A stretch of DNA of 63,965 nt, the filler included, from Thelocarpon superellum (Eukaryota): the NCBI GenBank assembly GCA_026025795.1. It is 4 parts of 4 records of this genome, joined end to end, with 100 filler letters (N's around TTAATTAATTAA, not from the genome) between each part and the next. Parts side by side here need not be neighbours in the genome. Positions count along the whole stretch, not along the records: positions 34,524 to 51,678 come from JAPEUG010000380.1; 3 more parts are not named here. One strand, written 5' to 3'. Under the pieces are notes generated by a model. That model made no database searches. It was not told the origin of the DNA and worked only from the letters and a program-made list of their open reading frames with translations. Positions 35,634-48,573 of this stretch are shown here, one piece after another; positions within the stretch are counted from its first letter, which is position 1; every line of letters starts with the position of its first letter. The position numbers and the translations under genes were made by a program.

Positions 35634-38390
35634 TCAACTCCGCTCCAGATCTAGAGGCTTCTTCGCCCACCCGGTCAGACAGCGCCATGCCGCTCCACAC
35701 TCCCGCCCTTCCTCAATCACCGCTCTCACGCCATCGAGCAGGTCGTCCTGGTGCTTCCCTGACTCCATCTGCAACTTCAACATCCACTTCTCCCACGCAA
35801 GACTGCCCACCAGTCCGCTCAGATGGCCTATCCCGGTCACCCCGGGCGTGGAGCCAGCGTGCTCCGTCGAGCCCCGGCCGTCGTGCTTGTGCGACATCGG
35901 GTCCGGGCGGGTGGGGACGCCCATGGGGAGGACCATCCAGACACGCCGGATGGGCGTGAAGCCGGCTCGCTCCACGCGACCCACCCAGCTGCGGGTGGGC
36001 ATCGGATCGTAGCCGCGCGTGCGCAGATTGAAGCCGAACTCGATCGACATGGCCGAGCCCAGCGGTCCGGCGTTAATGATGTCGGAGTCGAGGACGAAAA
36101 AGTCGAGGCAGCCGCCGGGCTTGAGACAGCGGAAGCACTCGCGGAGACACAGGTCGTATTCATCCTCGCTCTCGTCCGGCGCGATGTCGGTGCGCAGGAA
36201 CATGTAGAGCGTGCGCGCGGAGATGACCTCGAAGTAGCCGTCCGGGAAGGGGAGCCGCCACAGGTGCGGCACGGCGACCTGTCGATGGTTGTCGGGACCC
36301 TGCAAGTGAAAGTAGGTCGGGAGCCGTAGCGCGCGGGTGAGGACGGTGTAGATCTTGGCGCCGGGGAACTGTTCGGCGCAGTGCCAGGCCCAGTCTCCGA
36401 TGGATTGCCCGCCCAGATCGAGCATCCGGCGCCGCACGACCCTCTGGCCCGGGGACGACGGCGGTCGGCGCCCCGCCATGCGCACCGCCGCCGGCTTACT
36501 GACGAGTCGTCCACCGTTGAGCATTTTGACAGCCATGACAAACCACGCCGTCGACAGAACCTGCGCCATCGCGTCCCGCTCGTTCTCCGCGTGCCAGACC
36601 TGAAGGTGTTCTGGCGTCTGCGCCTCGTCGGGGTCTTTGGTCACGGGCTCGAGCCGGAGTCGGAACTTGCCCAGAAGCTGTTCGCGATGCGCAAAGGGAG
36701 TGCAGAGTCGCCGCACCTGAAGCGCATCGAAGCGCGCCTCAGAGTGGACGAGGGCATCGAGCACGCCCGAGGCGCGGATGAAGCGCTGGAGCGTGTGCCA
36801 GAAGACGGGATCGGCTGCGAAGGAGTCGAGGTTCTTGGCCGGCCGAACGAAGGATTCACCCTCGTCCACGAAGCGCACCATCTTTTTCGTCGGCACCGGC
36901 GGAGGACTGGCCAGGCTGGAGATGAGCGAGACTCGGGCGGAAGCATCGGCCTCACTCGCGGCCGCGGGATCGGGTAAGCCGCCGGCGCTGGCGAGCAGGT
37001 CGATCTGCGCCCCGAGCCACTCACAGGTCCGCTTGATGCCGGCCGATCCGTCGCTGCTTAGGCTCCGCTTGTAGGCGTCGTCGTAGTCGCTCCCGAGGGT
37101 GATGGGAGTCACTTCGTCGGCAACCTTCACGCCAACGCTGGAGACGGTCTGGGGGGGACCGGTGCTCCACCGGGGCGCACGTGCCGAGGGACTGGTCTCC
37201 CGGCGCATCTGGATGGAGGGGGGGATGGTGTCGAGCTCTGGCACGTTCCACGGCGCGCGGTAAAAGTGCTCCGCCGTGGCCGATGACGGCGGAGCCCAGG
37301 TATATCTGCTGCTCGCGCCCAGGGAGGAGAAGAAGCCACCGGGCGATGGGACGTCGAGCTCCGTCAGTCGCGTGGTGGAGCCCGCGGTGGCGGGCGTGAT
37401 CGTCTCGTCACTGTCGTGGCGGGCAGGCGGGCGCTGGGGTCCGGGCACGTGCGGCTCGTCCGACGTGGGGAGCTCCATGGTCGTCTCAGCGGGTTCGGTA
37501 TGGTCTTCCGTGAGCATTTGCAGCGTCGCCAAGGCCTCGGGGTTAAGCTGGATGCCTCCGCCTCCGCATCCGCTTTCGTTCCGCTCTTGCTCCCATCGTG
37601 CGGGGTCGTCGGGATCCCCTTCCGACGGCGTGGACGGCGAGGGCGAGGCGGCCAGCTGGTCCGAGGTTAGACTCCCATCCAATGAGGGGGGAGCGGTCGA
37701 CGTCGGGATGTCGCGGGTGAGTAGGCGCAGAATTGCGGGTGACATGGGAATCTTAGGTGGCGGAGTGGGCGGAACGGGCGAGGCCTTATTCATGCCGGAC
37801 GAGGACAGATGGCCGAAGGGCGGGATGATAAGGCTCGGATATGGCCTGCGGCCCTTGGGAGCATCATTTGCTTCGCTCGTCCGCTCGATGGGGCTGGACA
37901 GGGAGTTCAAGCGACGCACGATGACGATGGGAATGTCCCCTTCGTCGGCGGCGTAGCCCAGGCCCATGCCGCCTTCCACGTCCTTGACGGTCGCGTAGCC
38001 TTGCTTGGGAGGATCCATCTCTCCATCGCTAGCGTCGTAGAGGTCGTCAAAACTTGTCACATTGGTGCCTCCCGTCTCGGACGAGGTCCAGGTCAAGGGA
38101 TCGGAATTGGTGGACGACGATGGCGAGGAGCTGGCGGGCGTCGATGCTTTGGTGCCAGCGGCCGTGGCCGTGGCCGATGGGATGGCCCTCTCCGGGCTCA
38201 CAGGCGACATTGTGGATGGATGGGTGCCAGAGGCGCGGCGATTGCGGTAGAAAGCCGCGGTGATGACATTGCGGGCCGTCGGCCGGCGAGGCGAGGCCTC
38301 TTCTTCAATTATGGTATTAAGGTCCTGAATCCGGGCCTGCCCGGTCAGGGATGGTGAGTATACGGTCGAGGGCACGAGGTCGATCTCCAT
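35634..38390 (-). CDS. Pro/Ser-rich protein with C-terminal class I SAM-dependent methyltransferase-like domain
   Basis: 918-aa ORF with MLDLGG...DWAW, LPFPDGYFEVISAR and ECFRCLKPGG; long disordered N-terminus; true start may lie further upstream. Confidence 0.85.
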   Translation of the reverse strand: MEIDLVPSTVYSPSLTGQARIQDLNTIIEEEASPRRPTARNVITAAFYRNRRASGTHPSTMSPVSPERAIPSATATAAGTKASTPASSSPSSSTNSDPLTWTSSETGGTNVTSFDDLYDASDGEMDPPKQGYATVKDVEGGMGLGYAADEGDIPIVIVRRLNSLSSPIERTSEANDAPKGRRPYPSLIIPPFGHLSSSGMNKASPVPPTPPPKIPMSPAILRLLTRDIPTSTAPPSLDGSLTSDQLAASPSPSTPSEGDPDDPARWEQERNESGCGGGGIQLNPEALATLQMLTEDHTEPAETTMELPTSDEPHVPGPQRPPARHDSDETITPATAGSTTRLTELDVPSPGGFFSSLGASSRYTWAPPSSATAEHFYRAPWNVPELDTIPPSIQMRRETSPSARAPRWSTGPPQTVSSVGVKVADEVTPITLGSDYDDAYKRSLSSDGSAGIKRTCEWLGAQIDLLASAGGLPDPAAASEADASARVSLISSLASPPPVPTKKMVRFVDEGESFVRPAKNLDSFAADPVFWHTLQRFIRASGVLDALVHSEARFDALQVRRLCTPFAHREQLLGKFRLRLEPVTKDPDEAQTPEHLQVWHAENERDAMAQVLSTAWFVMAVKMLNGGRLVSKPAAVRMAGRRPPSSPGQRVVRRRMLDLGGQSIGDWAWHCAEQFPGAKIYTVLTRALRLPTYFHLQGPDNHRQVAVPHLWRLPFPDGYFEVISARTLYMFLRTDIAPDESEDEYDLCLRECFRCLKPGGCLDFFVLDSDIINAGPLGSAMSIEFGFNLRTRGYDPMPTRSWVGRVERAGFTPIRRVWMVLPMGVPTRPDPMSHKHDGRGSTEHAGSTPGVTGIGHLSGLVGSLAWEKWMLKLQMESGKHQDDLLDGVRAVIEEGRECGAAWRCLTGWAKKPLDLERS

Positions 38391-39649
38391 GAGGCGGTGC
38401 GCCCGTCAGGGTCTGACGTGAGGCCGGTGCGCCGTGACTCGACTCAATGCTGCCGGCCGAGATCAATGCTGAAAATGCGATGATGAGGAAGGTCAGGTCA
38501 GGATGTTGGGAAAAAGGTGGCCGTGCAAGTCCCGCCTGCGGGCGAGCTCTCTTCCGTCCGATCAACGGGTCGGTGTAGCGGTCAAACGAGGGAGAGGTGC
38601 ATCGATCAACGATGACTTGACGTGCAAAAAAGACCAAAAACGAATAAGACAGCGGAAGGCGGACGGTGTTGTTACTGACGATTGCGGCGCAGGGATGGGA
38701 TCCGGGGTGATCTTATTATGGCAACGACCCGGACCATGGTCCTGACGGCGTTGCCAATCATCCCGGGCGGCTGGTTCCACCGACGGGCGCCTGGATAATG
38801 GGACACGCTATATTTGGGTCGTGGTGACGCTGGAGATTCGCGGAAAGACTGCAGAGAGGGCGGACGCACGTCTCGTTGGCCGCATTCATGACGCTAGCAC
38901 CTGGTCGTGGTGACGGAAGTGACGGGGATACGCCAATCACACCGCCTCGTGTGCCTGACGTGCAGTGGGAGAGCCCCCGCCGGCGATTTAAAAATAGGAG
39001 TTTGGCACGGCATGTAAGCGCCGGGCCGTTGCCGGGCTCCTCGTCTCCAGCGGGCCCCCGCGCCTCGCCAACCCTGCCCTCGACATTTGTGCGCCCAGAC
39101 GCACTCCCTTCGAGATGAGAAGCCCGCTGCCACGGCGTCAAGTCCCGATGTGACGGTGCGTGTCTCACATCGAACCAGATCGATGTCCCTCATTAATTGG
39201 CACAGTGCACGTTTTGCTTTGCTCATCTCGTGGGGCGGCACGACGAGCGATTGGAGCGGTCGGAGCGAACATGGAGTGGCGTTACCTAATCCGAGCCATG
39301 CTGGAGCTATTGGCGCGGGGAGATCCACCACGATGCTGGCAAAGACTTGCAGATGTGGTAGCCCGACGACCGGTAATGCCTGACCGTGGTACTTTCCACC
39401 CCCGTAGCCGTCGACGAGAATGCGTTCATGTGCAATACGATGAGCAAGGCAGAGGTAGTCGGATTCAAACAACAGTGTTTGGAAGGTCCTCGATTGCGAT
39501 CGGCCAGGACAAGGTAAATTGCAAAGCGATCGAGGCCATGATCCGCCACTACGTCACAGATTTCCCTCGGCTTGCGGACTCGACCAAAGGGGTGGAGCGC
39601 GTCTCGACTGAACTTATTTCCACATCCACCCCAATACTCCGCCATCATC

Positions 39650-40569
39650 ATGGCGCCCAAAGCCATCATCGCCCCGTCCATCTTGTCGGCCGACTTTGCG
39701 GCCCTGGGCGCCGCCTGCTCCGAGACGATGGACCATGGGGCCGATTGGCTCCACATCGACATCATGGACGGGCATTTCGTGCCCAACATCACCTTTGGCG
39801 CCCCCGTCGTCACCAAGATCCGGTCGCACGTGGCGCGTCCGAGGGCGAGCGGTGGGCGGGGCACCTTCGATTGCCATATGATGATCGCCGAGCCGCAGAA
39901 ATGGGTCAAGGAGTTCCAAAGCGCCGGGTGTGATCTCTACTGCTTCCACTACGAGGCCGCGGTGGAGTCCACAGCCGCCGAGCACCCAGCCGACCACTCC
40001 GATCGCCGCACTAGCCCCAAGGAGCTCGTCCGGTACATCCATCTACAGGGCATGCAGGCCGGCATCGCCCTCAAGCCCGAGACGCCCGTGGATGTCTTGT
40101 GGGACATTCTCAATAATCCCGAAACGGCGGAGGTGCCAGATGTACGTGCACTGACTCCTTCCCTTTTGCCCGGGCCTCCCTCCTTTTCCGTAGCGCCCGC
40201 CCACGCCTTCGCTCACTCCCACGCCCACGCCCTTGCGATCACCCGCCCAGGCGCGACCGTGACAGAACCGCTAACCCGCGTGTCGCCCGCCGATAGATGG
40301 TCCTGATCATGACCGTGCACCCGGGATTTGGCGGGCAGAAATTCATGGCGTCGGAATTACCCAAGGTTCGCGCCGTGCGTGCGCGCTATCCTCATCTCAA
40401 CGTCGAGGTCGACGGCGGCCTGGGTCCGGACACCATCGAGCAGGCCGCCGAGGCCGGAGCCAATGTCATCGTCGCCGGCTCCGCCGTCTTTGGCGCCCAG
40501 GATCCCTCGGAGGTCATTGCACAATTACGAGCGGCGGTCGATCGTCGAAAAGGGGCCGAGAAGATCTGA
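39650..40569 (+). CDS. RPE1: D-ribulose-5-phosphate 3-epimerase; intron 40142..40296
   Basis: [62 protein letters not shown]. Confidence 0.97.
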
Positions 40570-40783
40570 GCGTGCTGCCTAGGCTGCCACGAGAGAAGCA
40601 TGTGCCAAGGACTGCAGGACTACATGGCGATCAAGATCCTCCCGCTATGCTATCGAACATCCCATTGCCGCCTGCTTATCTCCACTCGCTGACTAGCTTC
40701 ACCGCTCCATTAGTCCCGACCAGTATTTGGGACCGTATCGTGATCGAGTTCACAAACGCTAGCGTAAAGAGGAAAATCGTAAC

Positions 40784-42758
40784 TCAGTCTTGGACCGATG
40801 CCCCGGCCAGATCCTCTGCCGCCGGGGCTTGGTGTGGAGTGGCGGGCTCCGGACCCGGAGTGGTGCTGGCCACGGGCTCCGTCGTGGGAGGGGCGTGGTG
40901 GCTCTCGGGGTGCGTGGCCGCCTCCTGGCTCGACGCGTGCTCCTGTTCAGCCTCGGCCTCGGGCTCCTCGGCGATCGCCGACGACTTTTCAACCTCCTCA
41001 ATCTCTTGCGCCGATGCCTGGGACACGTTAGATCCCCGATGCTGTAGGGGGGCCGCAACTGGCGCCTCCGCCGTCAGCGTGCTCGCCACTACCCTCTCCG
41101 TTGCGTGAGGATTCGAGACGGTTGTCGTCGTCTCGGTGGATTCCTTTGGAGCGACTGCTTCAGTTTCGGTCGGAGCTGGCGGTGGCTCACTCGGAGTGGC
41201 AGCAACACCAGTCTTCTCTTCTGATGGAGGCTCAGCCGGAGAGTCATCCAACGTCCCGACCACATCTGGCTTCTCCACGGCTGGCTGACCCTCCGGCTTC
41301 TCTTCCACCGGCTTTTCTTCCGCTGGCTCCTTCGCTGCTGGCTCCTCCTCCGCCGGCTGCTCAATTTCTGGTTTCTTTTCAGGTTTCTCCTCCGTCATCT
41401 CCTCCTTCGCCTCTTCTGCTATCTTTTCATCTGGCTCTTTGTCGTCGGGCTTCTCGTCGGGCTTCTCGTCGGGCTTCTCGTCGGGCTTCTCGTCGGGCTT
41501 CTCGTCGGGCTTCTCGTCGGGCTTCTCGTCGGGCTTCTCGTCGGGCTTCTCGTCGGGCTTCGCTTCGGCCGTTTCTACGGCAGGCTTATCTTCGGTAATT
41601 GACGTCGCTGGGTCCACAGTCGATGCAGACACTGTGGGATTGACTTCTTCGTGGCCTTTGGGCTCGGCGACGTTTTCTTGAGCCACATCGCCTGCCGTGT
41701 CCGTTATTGGGCCGGTCGAGGCTTCCGTGGGCTTCTCAATTGCTGGCGGTGGAGACGCCGCGACGGGATGCTCGTTAGTCTGTAAGACCTTCTGCTCGGC
41801 GCCTTCGGGAGCATGGCCTGCCGCTTCATCAATGCTCGGCTTGGGCTCGCGCTCCTCTGACTTCACTTCCTTCTCCGTCGTAAGGGGAAAGTCATTATCC
41901 TCTGTCGTTGAGGTAGGAGGGGCCACAGCTTCAGAGTGATCTGATGCTTCCGGAACCACGGCCTTATCACTTTCGACCTGCTCAGGACCCGCTGCTGAGG
42001 CTGTTCCGGTGGGTGCCTGCACTGTGCCTGATGGGGGAGGAACGGCGGCCGAATGATCTAATGTTTCGGTGACGGGTGCCTTGCTCTCAGGCGCCGATTG
42101 GGCAGCTTTAGTTGCGTTACGGGCTTTGGCCTTGAGGTCGCCAGCCTTCTTCGCGGCTTCCTCCCCCAGCTGACGCATGGTCATGGTGATGGATTGGGGA
42201 GCAGCGGGACTGTCTTTGGCTGGAGTTGCTTCTTCCACTGGCTTCTCTTCGGCTGCAATCGACGTCGCTGCTGTAGATGGAGGCTCGACCGCCTTCTCAG
42301 GAGCCGCAGGGGTGGCTGGAGGTTTCGAGGGGGCATCTTGTGGGGTGGCTGTGGTCGATGGCGTTGGTGTCGCGGCCGGGGCCGGGGCCGGTCCGTCAAT
42401 GTTCTCCTTCAATTCTCCGTACTCGTTCCAGTCTTCGATCTCTTCGAGATCCTATGAAAGCAAAATGAGCATCAATCGTGAAAAAAGGCCACCTATCGTG
42501 GGAACAGTTGCATACCCCGACGACCATTCCCAGCTTCACCAATCCGGGCAGCTTCCTTTTTCCGGCCCGACGACCCCATAGCATCCGGGCCTTGTCATCG
42601 GTAGCCACGTCGAGTGCTTTGAAGGGGATCTTGTTCGCTTTGAGGATCGTTTCGAGGCGAGACGTGGCCGTGATGATGTGGGAGGAACCGGCGGTCAGAG
42701 AGGTGTAGAGATATAAGGTGGGATCGGTCGAGTAGGCGTATGAGGTAGACTCGGCCAT
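40784..42758 (-). CDS. SH3BGR/thioredoxin-like N-terminal domain fused to a long acidic E/P/A/T-rich disordered tail (one intron)
   Basis: YSTDPTLYLYTSLTAGSSHIITATSRLETILKANKIPF...KLPGLV...G|DLEEIEDWNEYGELK, then a ~540-aa low-complexity region. Confidence 0.85.
41442..41561. repeat. Perfect coding 12-bp tandem repeat x10 (EKPD)
   Basis: (TCGTCGGGCTTC)10 on the + strand. Confidence 0.97.
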
Positions 42759-43437
42759 GATGTTGGCTCGAAGCGGTTCTTGCGGGGAGCTGGCAAATCA
42801 ACAGGGCGGTCGGCGGAGGAAGAGCACGGGGTGCTGAGGAAGGTGGGCGAGGACCATCATGTCGGGAAGGAGACGCTTGATAAGGGTGGTGTAGTGGTGC
42901 CAATGGCGGGGCGGGACGATTAGGGGTTGTCCCAAGTGCAAGCCATGTCCCACCATTCAGTGATGGGCGGTGACCGGCGATCATCCGCCAATCGGGCCGT
43001 TTCTGCCCAACGTCTCACGTCCAACGACGAATCACCCGCGACTCATCTGCGAGTAGCTACCCTTTGCTCGGGCACATGATCGATGCTGGAGTAGCTTACG
43101 CTTCGGCCAGGTCAAAGTCGGCAGATCCGGCTCTGCCTTGCCACGAGATTACGCGTAGCGCTACAGCTGTCGACGAGAGAGTCAACTCATCTTGGAGCCA
43201 TCAGATGACTGACGATCCCGACACAAGCACCACTTCGAACGCGGGACGAACAGACTATGGCTCATGATACCCCGCAACCACGATATTCGGTGCAGATTCT
43301 TCTACGGATCCGTTTCCCGGGACGATGCGAAACGCCAAGCCATGCCCATGGTCCGAGGAATCAACGAGATCCTACCTACCCAAGCTAGGTAGGATCCGAG
43401 CGTTGGTACGCATGCGCCGTTGTCTCCCAGATTACAC

Positions 43438-46400
43438 TCACGAGTAGAGCTCCTCGTCATCGTCGCGTGATGGATCTTCAAAGGCCTCGGCGGCATGCTT
43501 GGGCATGCCATTGCTCACCACCCTGTCGCCGCCGCTGTCACCGTCCGACTCGGTCATGCGTGCCTTGCCTTTCCCCTTGCCCTTCCCCTTGCCCTTCCCG
43601 CTTCCTTGCCCCTTGCCCTTGCTAACCACCGCGTGATCCTCCGTCGTAGATCCTGTAATCGTCGGGCCGTTGGTGCCATTGGCAAGACGCGGTCCCCCGC
43701 CCGTGGAGGGCGGATGAGAGAGCCGGATGGCCTTGTCATCCACAGCCTCGAAGGACCTGCGCACGCGATCATAGTGCTCCAGCTCCTTGACACTGTCACA
43801 CGAGTCCATCAGTCATTCATCTGCTGTAGGGTGCCAACGCCACCGCGCTCACCTGACGCTGCCCACGAGTTCTTGCTGGGCGGCCCGAAAGTCGTCGCCC
43901 GTCACCATGACCGCGGTGTCCTCCGCGCTCGCCAAGTGGTCGAAGAAATAGGCCGTGGAGACGGGGTCACCGGGCAGAGCCTTGATCTTCTCGTCCACAG
44001 CCGAGGCCTGGCGTGTGATGGCCTTCAGCATGGCGTCCGAGCACAAGGCGTACAGGTCGGCCCCCGTGTATGTCAAGGGCAATGAGGCCGCCACCAGCGA
44101 CAGCGACAATCCAGGGTGGAGCGTAAACTTTCTCGTCAGCGCCTCAAGGATCTTCTGCTGCTTGTCATGCGTGTCTGAGATGCCGAGGTACAGCATCTTG
44201 TCAAATCGTCCGGGCCGGAGGAGAGCCGCGTCGAGTAGATCCGGACGGTTGGTGGCGCCGATGACGAAGACGCCACCGGCGCCATCCTGGCCATCGCTCA
44301 TCCCGTCGAGCTCGGCCAAGAGCTGGCTCACGATGCGATCCATCACACCGCCGCTGTCGCCTTGGTTGCCCCGCTTGGGCGCGACGGAATCAAGTTCATC
44401 AAAGAAGACGACGCAAGGTCGTGCGTCGCGTGCGCGCTGGAAGACGCGGCGCACGTTGGCTTCGGATTCGCCAATGTACATGTTGAGCAATTCGGGCCCC
44501 TTGACGGAGAAAAAGTTCAGGGAAAACTCGGTCGCGATGGCTTTGGCGAGCAGCGTCTTGCCCGTGCCGGGCGGCCCGTAGAAGAGAATGCCGCTCCGCT
44601 TCTTCATGCCTTTGGCGAAGAGCTCCGGCCGCTCTAACGGGAGCTGGATCGTCTCCATGACGGCGTCCTTCACGTGGCTCAGCCCCCCAACGTCGTCCCA
44701 GCTGACGTTGGGGATCTTTGGCGCGCCGATGGCGTCGGCGAAATTGATCCGCGCCGCATCGACGGCCACGTCAAAGTCGGCGCGCATCAGACACCGCGCT
44801 GCATCCCCCCCAGACACGAGGATGTCCCGTCGGGTCACGGCGGGGCTGGCGTCGGCACTCGGGCACGGACGCGCCATCAATCGCTCGAGGCGCTCGGTCC
44901 GAGCCACCACCGCGCGGTCGACGACGTCGACGAGGTCGGCGGCCACGAGCGCGGCGGTCTTAATGGCCACCGTACTCAAATCCACGTCGGACGCCACAGC
45001 GGTACCTCGCTCGGTGAGCATCTGTTGCAATAAGGCTTCGCGCTCGCTTTCATCGGGCGCAAACATCTCGATTTCATGCGTGAAGACGCTGCGCATGCCG
45101 TCGGGTACCTTGTCGATATCCGTGGTGGTGGCGAGGATGACCCTTGCGACCGCCACGACATCTTGGAGAGCGGTGACCATCCGATCGGCCGACAAGACGT
45201 CGATGTGACGCAGTAGAATGGCACAGTGTGCCGCGCCACAGCTTAACGCCCGGTCGCATCGTGCTTTGAGAAAGGCCTCAGTCTTCACGTCGCCTCCGGC
45301 CCCGCCGTCAGTGAGAATGTCGTAGGCATCGATCTCGAACAGGTGGAGGCCAAGGTCAGCACATGCGCGCTGCACGGTGTCGGCCTTGCCGATACCTCGT
45401 TGGGTGGCATGCAAGAGGACGGCGAGTGGCGGCATCCCGAGATGGACTGCCCGAGCGCTGGTCGCAGCGGACATCAATTCCCTCAGCCGACGTCGCACGG
45501 GGGATATGAAGGTAGATGACGGGTTGGGGCGACCTATGTTCGATCTGGTCGTCCCCAAATCTCGAGCTTGAGACGGTTTGAGGCCGAGGTATTGTTCCCA
45601 CGTGCTGGCACGGCTTCCCGGCAGCTTCCCTTGGGTGCTACCCGATTGGACCATGCGCGTGTTCGTCGCATCGATGGCCGCCAGCCCACCCCACACGTCC
45701 TCGTCCATCTCATCACGCGAGTCCGGGTCAGCGACGGCGATGCGACCGACGCGAAACCAGGCCACGCCGAGCTCCGCCCCGGGATTCTGCTCACCGGTGC
45801 CGGCCCGACCATCGGGCTGCAGCTCGGATAGAAGGTCGTCATCCTCCAGGTCGTCGATCCCGTGCGACGACCCCGGGAGGATCGTCTTTCCGAGCGCCAG
45901 GTCGAAGGTGATGGGAATCAGGTCATTGGTCTGGACCAGCCGTTGTGTCGTAGCAAAGTAGCCTTTCAAGCTTGCGAGCAGCGCGCCCTGCAGGGATCGG
46001 TCCGTTGAGAGCGGCGATGAGAGCCTCAGCAACGTCACTTCTTTGGCCGTCGGCGGCGATGCGCTCTTGGATATGTACCCACGTCGGCTACGGGACGAGG
46101 TTTCAGGCGGGTGGGACAACGGCAGAACGCGGGTCGAGGACAGCGGCGATAGCCTGACATGTGTGGGCTGACCTAGATTGGCCAGGAAGATGGGGGGCAG
46201 GAGTAAGGTGGGTGCGGAGGGTACGTCGTGCCCACGCTGACTGAGAACCGATCCCTTGCCTGGGTGAGCGGGAGAGGGGCGATGTTGCCCGCCGGCGAGT
46301 ATATCCGGGAGGCCGTACACCTTGGCCGCTCTCCACGCTGTTGGCTCCGCGCGAAGATCCTCCAATGCGCTCAGGTCCCACGCGGGCACGCTGTCGTTCT

Positions 46401-47891
46401 GCACCTCGGTGGCCGTCTCGACACGGACCCAATCGCCGGAGAAGCATCCAAGCTTGACGAGGGTGGCAATCTCGACGTAGACTCGGACCTCGTCATCCTC
46501 GTCCACGGCGGGCTTTGGATGTAACGCGGCGGCGGGAATTTTCTGGATCAAGCCTCGTGTCTGCAGTAAGCGGCCCTTGGTCGTGCCCGGCCGGGCCGTG
46601 CTTGCGGTCTGCGTGGAGAAGACGGAGCCTGGGGTGGTGATACCGTTGGTCCGACGACCAGCAGCAGCCTTGGTGTAAGGCGTGGTTGAGCCGAAGGCGG
46701 AGGTGGCCCCAGAGGCATGGTTCTGTAGCAAGGGGGCGTTCAAGGTGATCATGTCCTCAAGGGAGCCGTCGGACAGGTCATCGGCCTCGTCTTGCGACGT
46801 TTCCGAGGGCGACGCTTCAGAGGCGGACGCGTTGTCAGTTTCACCTGGTCTGGCGGGCGAGGGCGGGAAGCTTCCAATTCCGTCTTCGGCGGCCGAGTAG
46901 AATCTATCGTCCGAGGTGTCCTCGTCTTCCTCGTTCAGCGTCGCCGTGAGGAGTCGAGGGGCCGGACGAGAGACGGGATGATGGAGTTGGGTGGAGCGGC
47001 GGATCTTGGTGACAACGACCTCCGTGCCGGCAGTCAAGATCCCTTGCGCCACCGGCTCACAGAGCGTCACCCTGGCGGGGGAGGGTTCGACATAGGTGAT
47101 GGGATGGGGTGGTAGCGGCAACGGCAAAGGCACGCCTTGGTGGACAATATTGGGGGCAGCAAGTGCCTCACGAACCAGGCTGCGCAGCGCTGCATCCTGG
47201 CTGGCAGGTGATCGACTGCGAGGATCTCGGATTCCAGTGGCCTTCCCGTGCGTCAACTGTGCGCGGGGCTTCAGGGCGGACGGATGGGCGCCATGTCGAA
47301 GGTGATCCATTGCATCCAATGCGTCCTGTTCCACTGTCACGAAGACCCTCTCGAGGTGTAGCGGTACGACTTCGAGGACCCTGATCTCGATTGGAGCCGC
47401 GGCCTTCTGTGGTAAGCGGGCCGGCACGAGACGCTGCAGCTCCTGTGCGAAGGCGTGCAGTGCCGTTGAAGCCGCGGGGAAGTGGACACGCGAATGGGAA
47501 GGGTCCTCGCCGTGGCTAGCTTTTCGTGGCTGTCGACCGACGGGGATGATGGTCCACGAGCAGTCTGCGACTTCCATGGCTGCAATCGCGGTCCAAGGTG
47601 TTATGGCGACATGCAGGACCTCTTCCGTCTCCTCGTTGGAAGCGGCTTGATCTGGCGTCGAGGGACACGGGGATCAGCAAAACATCCCGCGACTGCTAAT
47701 CGTGGAAGTCTGGATGTACCTCGATCTCTCCCCCCGTCCGGAAAAAGGTCAGACCAGAGGTCGTCCGATAAGCTCCCCACATCTCCCTTCAGCTTCGGAT
47801 CGACGACCAACGATGCGGCCAAAGGAGGCTTCGCCGGTTGTCGTCGTGGGGGCGGTACGGGTCGCCCCCCAGGTCGCGCAGCTTGTGGCAT
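43438..47891 (-). CDS. PEX6: Peroxisomal AAA ATPase Pex6, 3 exons
   Basis: LGCFSGDWV, IGAPKIPNVSWDDVGGL, GILFYGPPGTGKT, FFDELDS, DSGGVMDRIVSQLL, ATNRPDLLD, YTGADLYALCSDA. Confidence 0.97.
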
Positions 47892-48573
47892 TGCTGTAAC
47901 GAAGGACTACTAGCTCGGCGCGAGTGCTGTTGATGCTGTTTCACGACAATGCATCTTTACATCGAGGGCGGGGGGAATGTGGGGGGGGGGCAATGATATG
48001 AGATGCTCCAGCATCCTCTGTAGTATCCTAGTGGCCACCGAGAAATGGTGTCGGACGAAGGTGAACGCACTGCGAGCACCGACACTCGCTCGATACGCCG
48101 AGGATCAGCTTCAGGAGTAGGATGAGATGAAGCTGACAGGCCCGTGGCCGTTACCATGCTACCTTGAGCTTCGGATGAAGCCTCGGTCAGAGAGGGCCAC
48201 TTTGCCAATCTGGGTAGTCGAGGCAGCGCCGTCTGCCGGCATGGCGGAAAGAGCCGGGGGCCTCCCACAGAGGCACGTGCCGCACCCGGGGCTGTAAGAT
48301 GCCTTATTAACTATCTGTAAGGCCGGGAGCTCCACGCCTCGCCATGAGGATAGGAGAGGTCATGTGGTGGTCATGTGACATGGCATGTGGCCTGGGCTGC
48401 TGTATATTAGTGCTGGTAAGGAATAAAAAACCAAGTTTTACATAAGCATTTTAAACAGGTTTATTACCACCACAAAAAGTAAAAAACCTCATACAAATAT
48501 TCACCATATTAAATGTATGGGGAATATTTAATTCCACCTTTATGGTTATTTTATCCAGATAATGACCTGTATT

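Noticed and set aside
41442..41561. CRISPR-like appearance of the tandem repeats (also at 33.1-33.3 kb)
   Set aside because: No spacers and no cas genes in a eukaryotic context; these are simple tandem repeats
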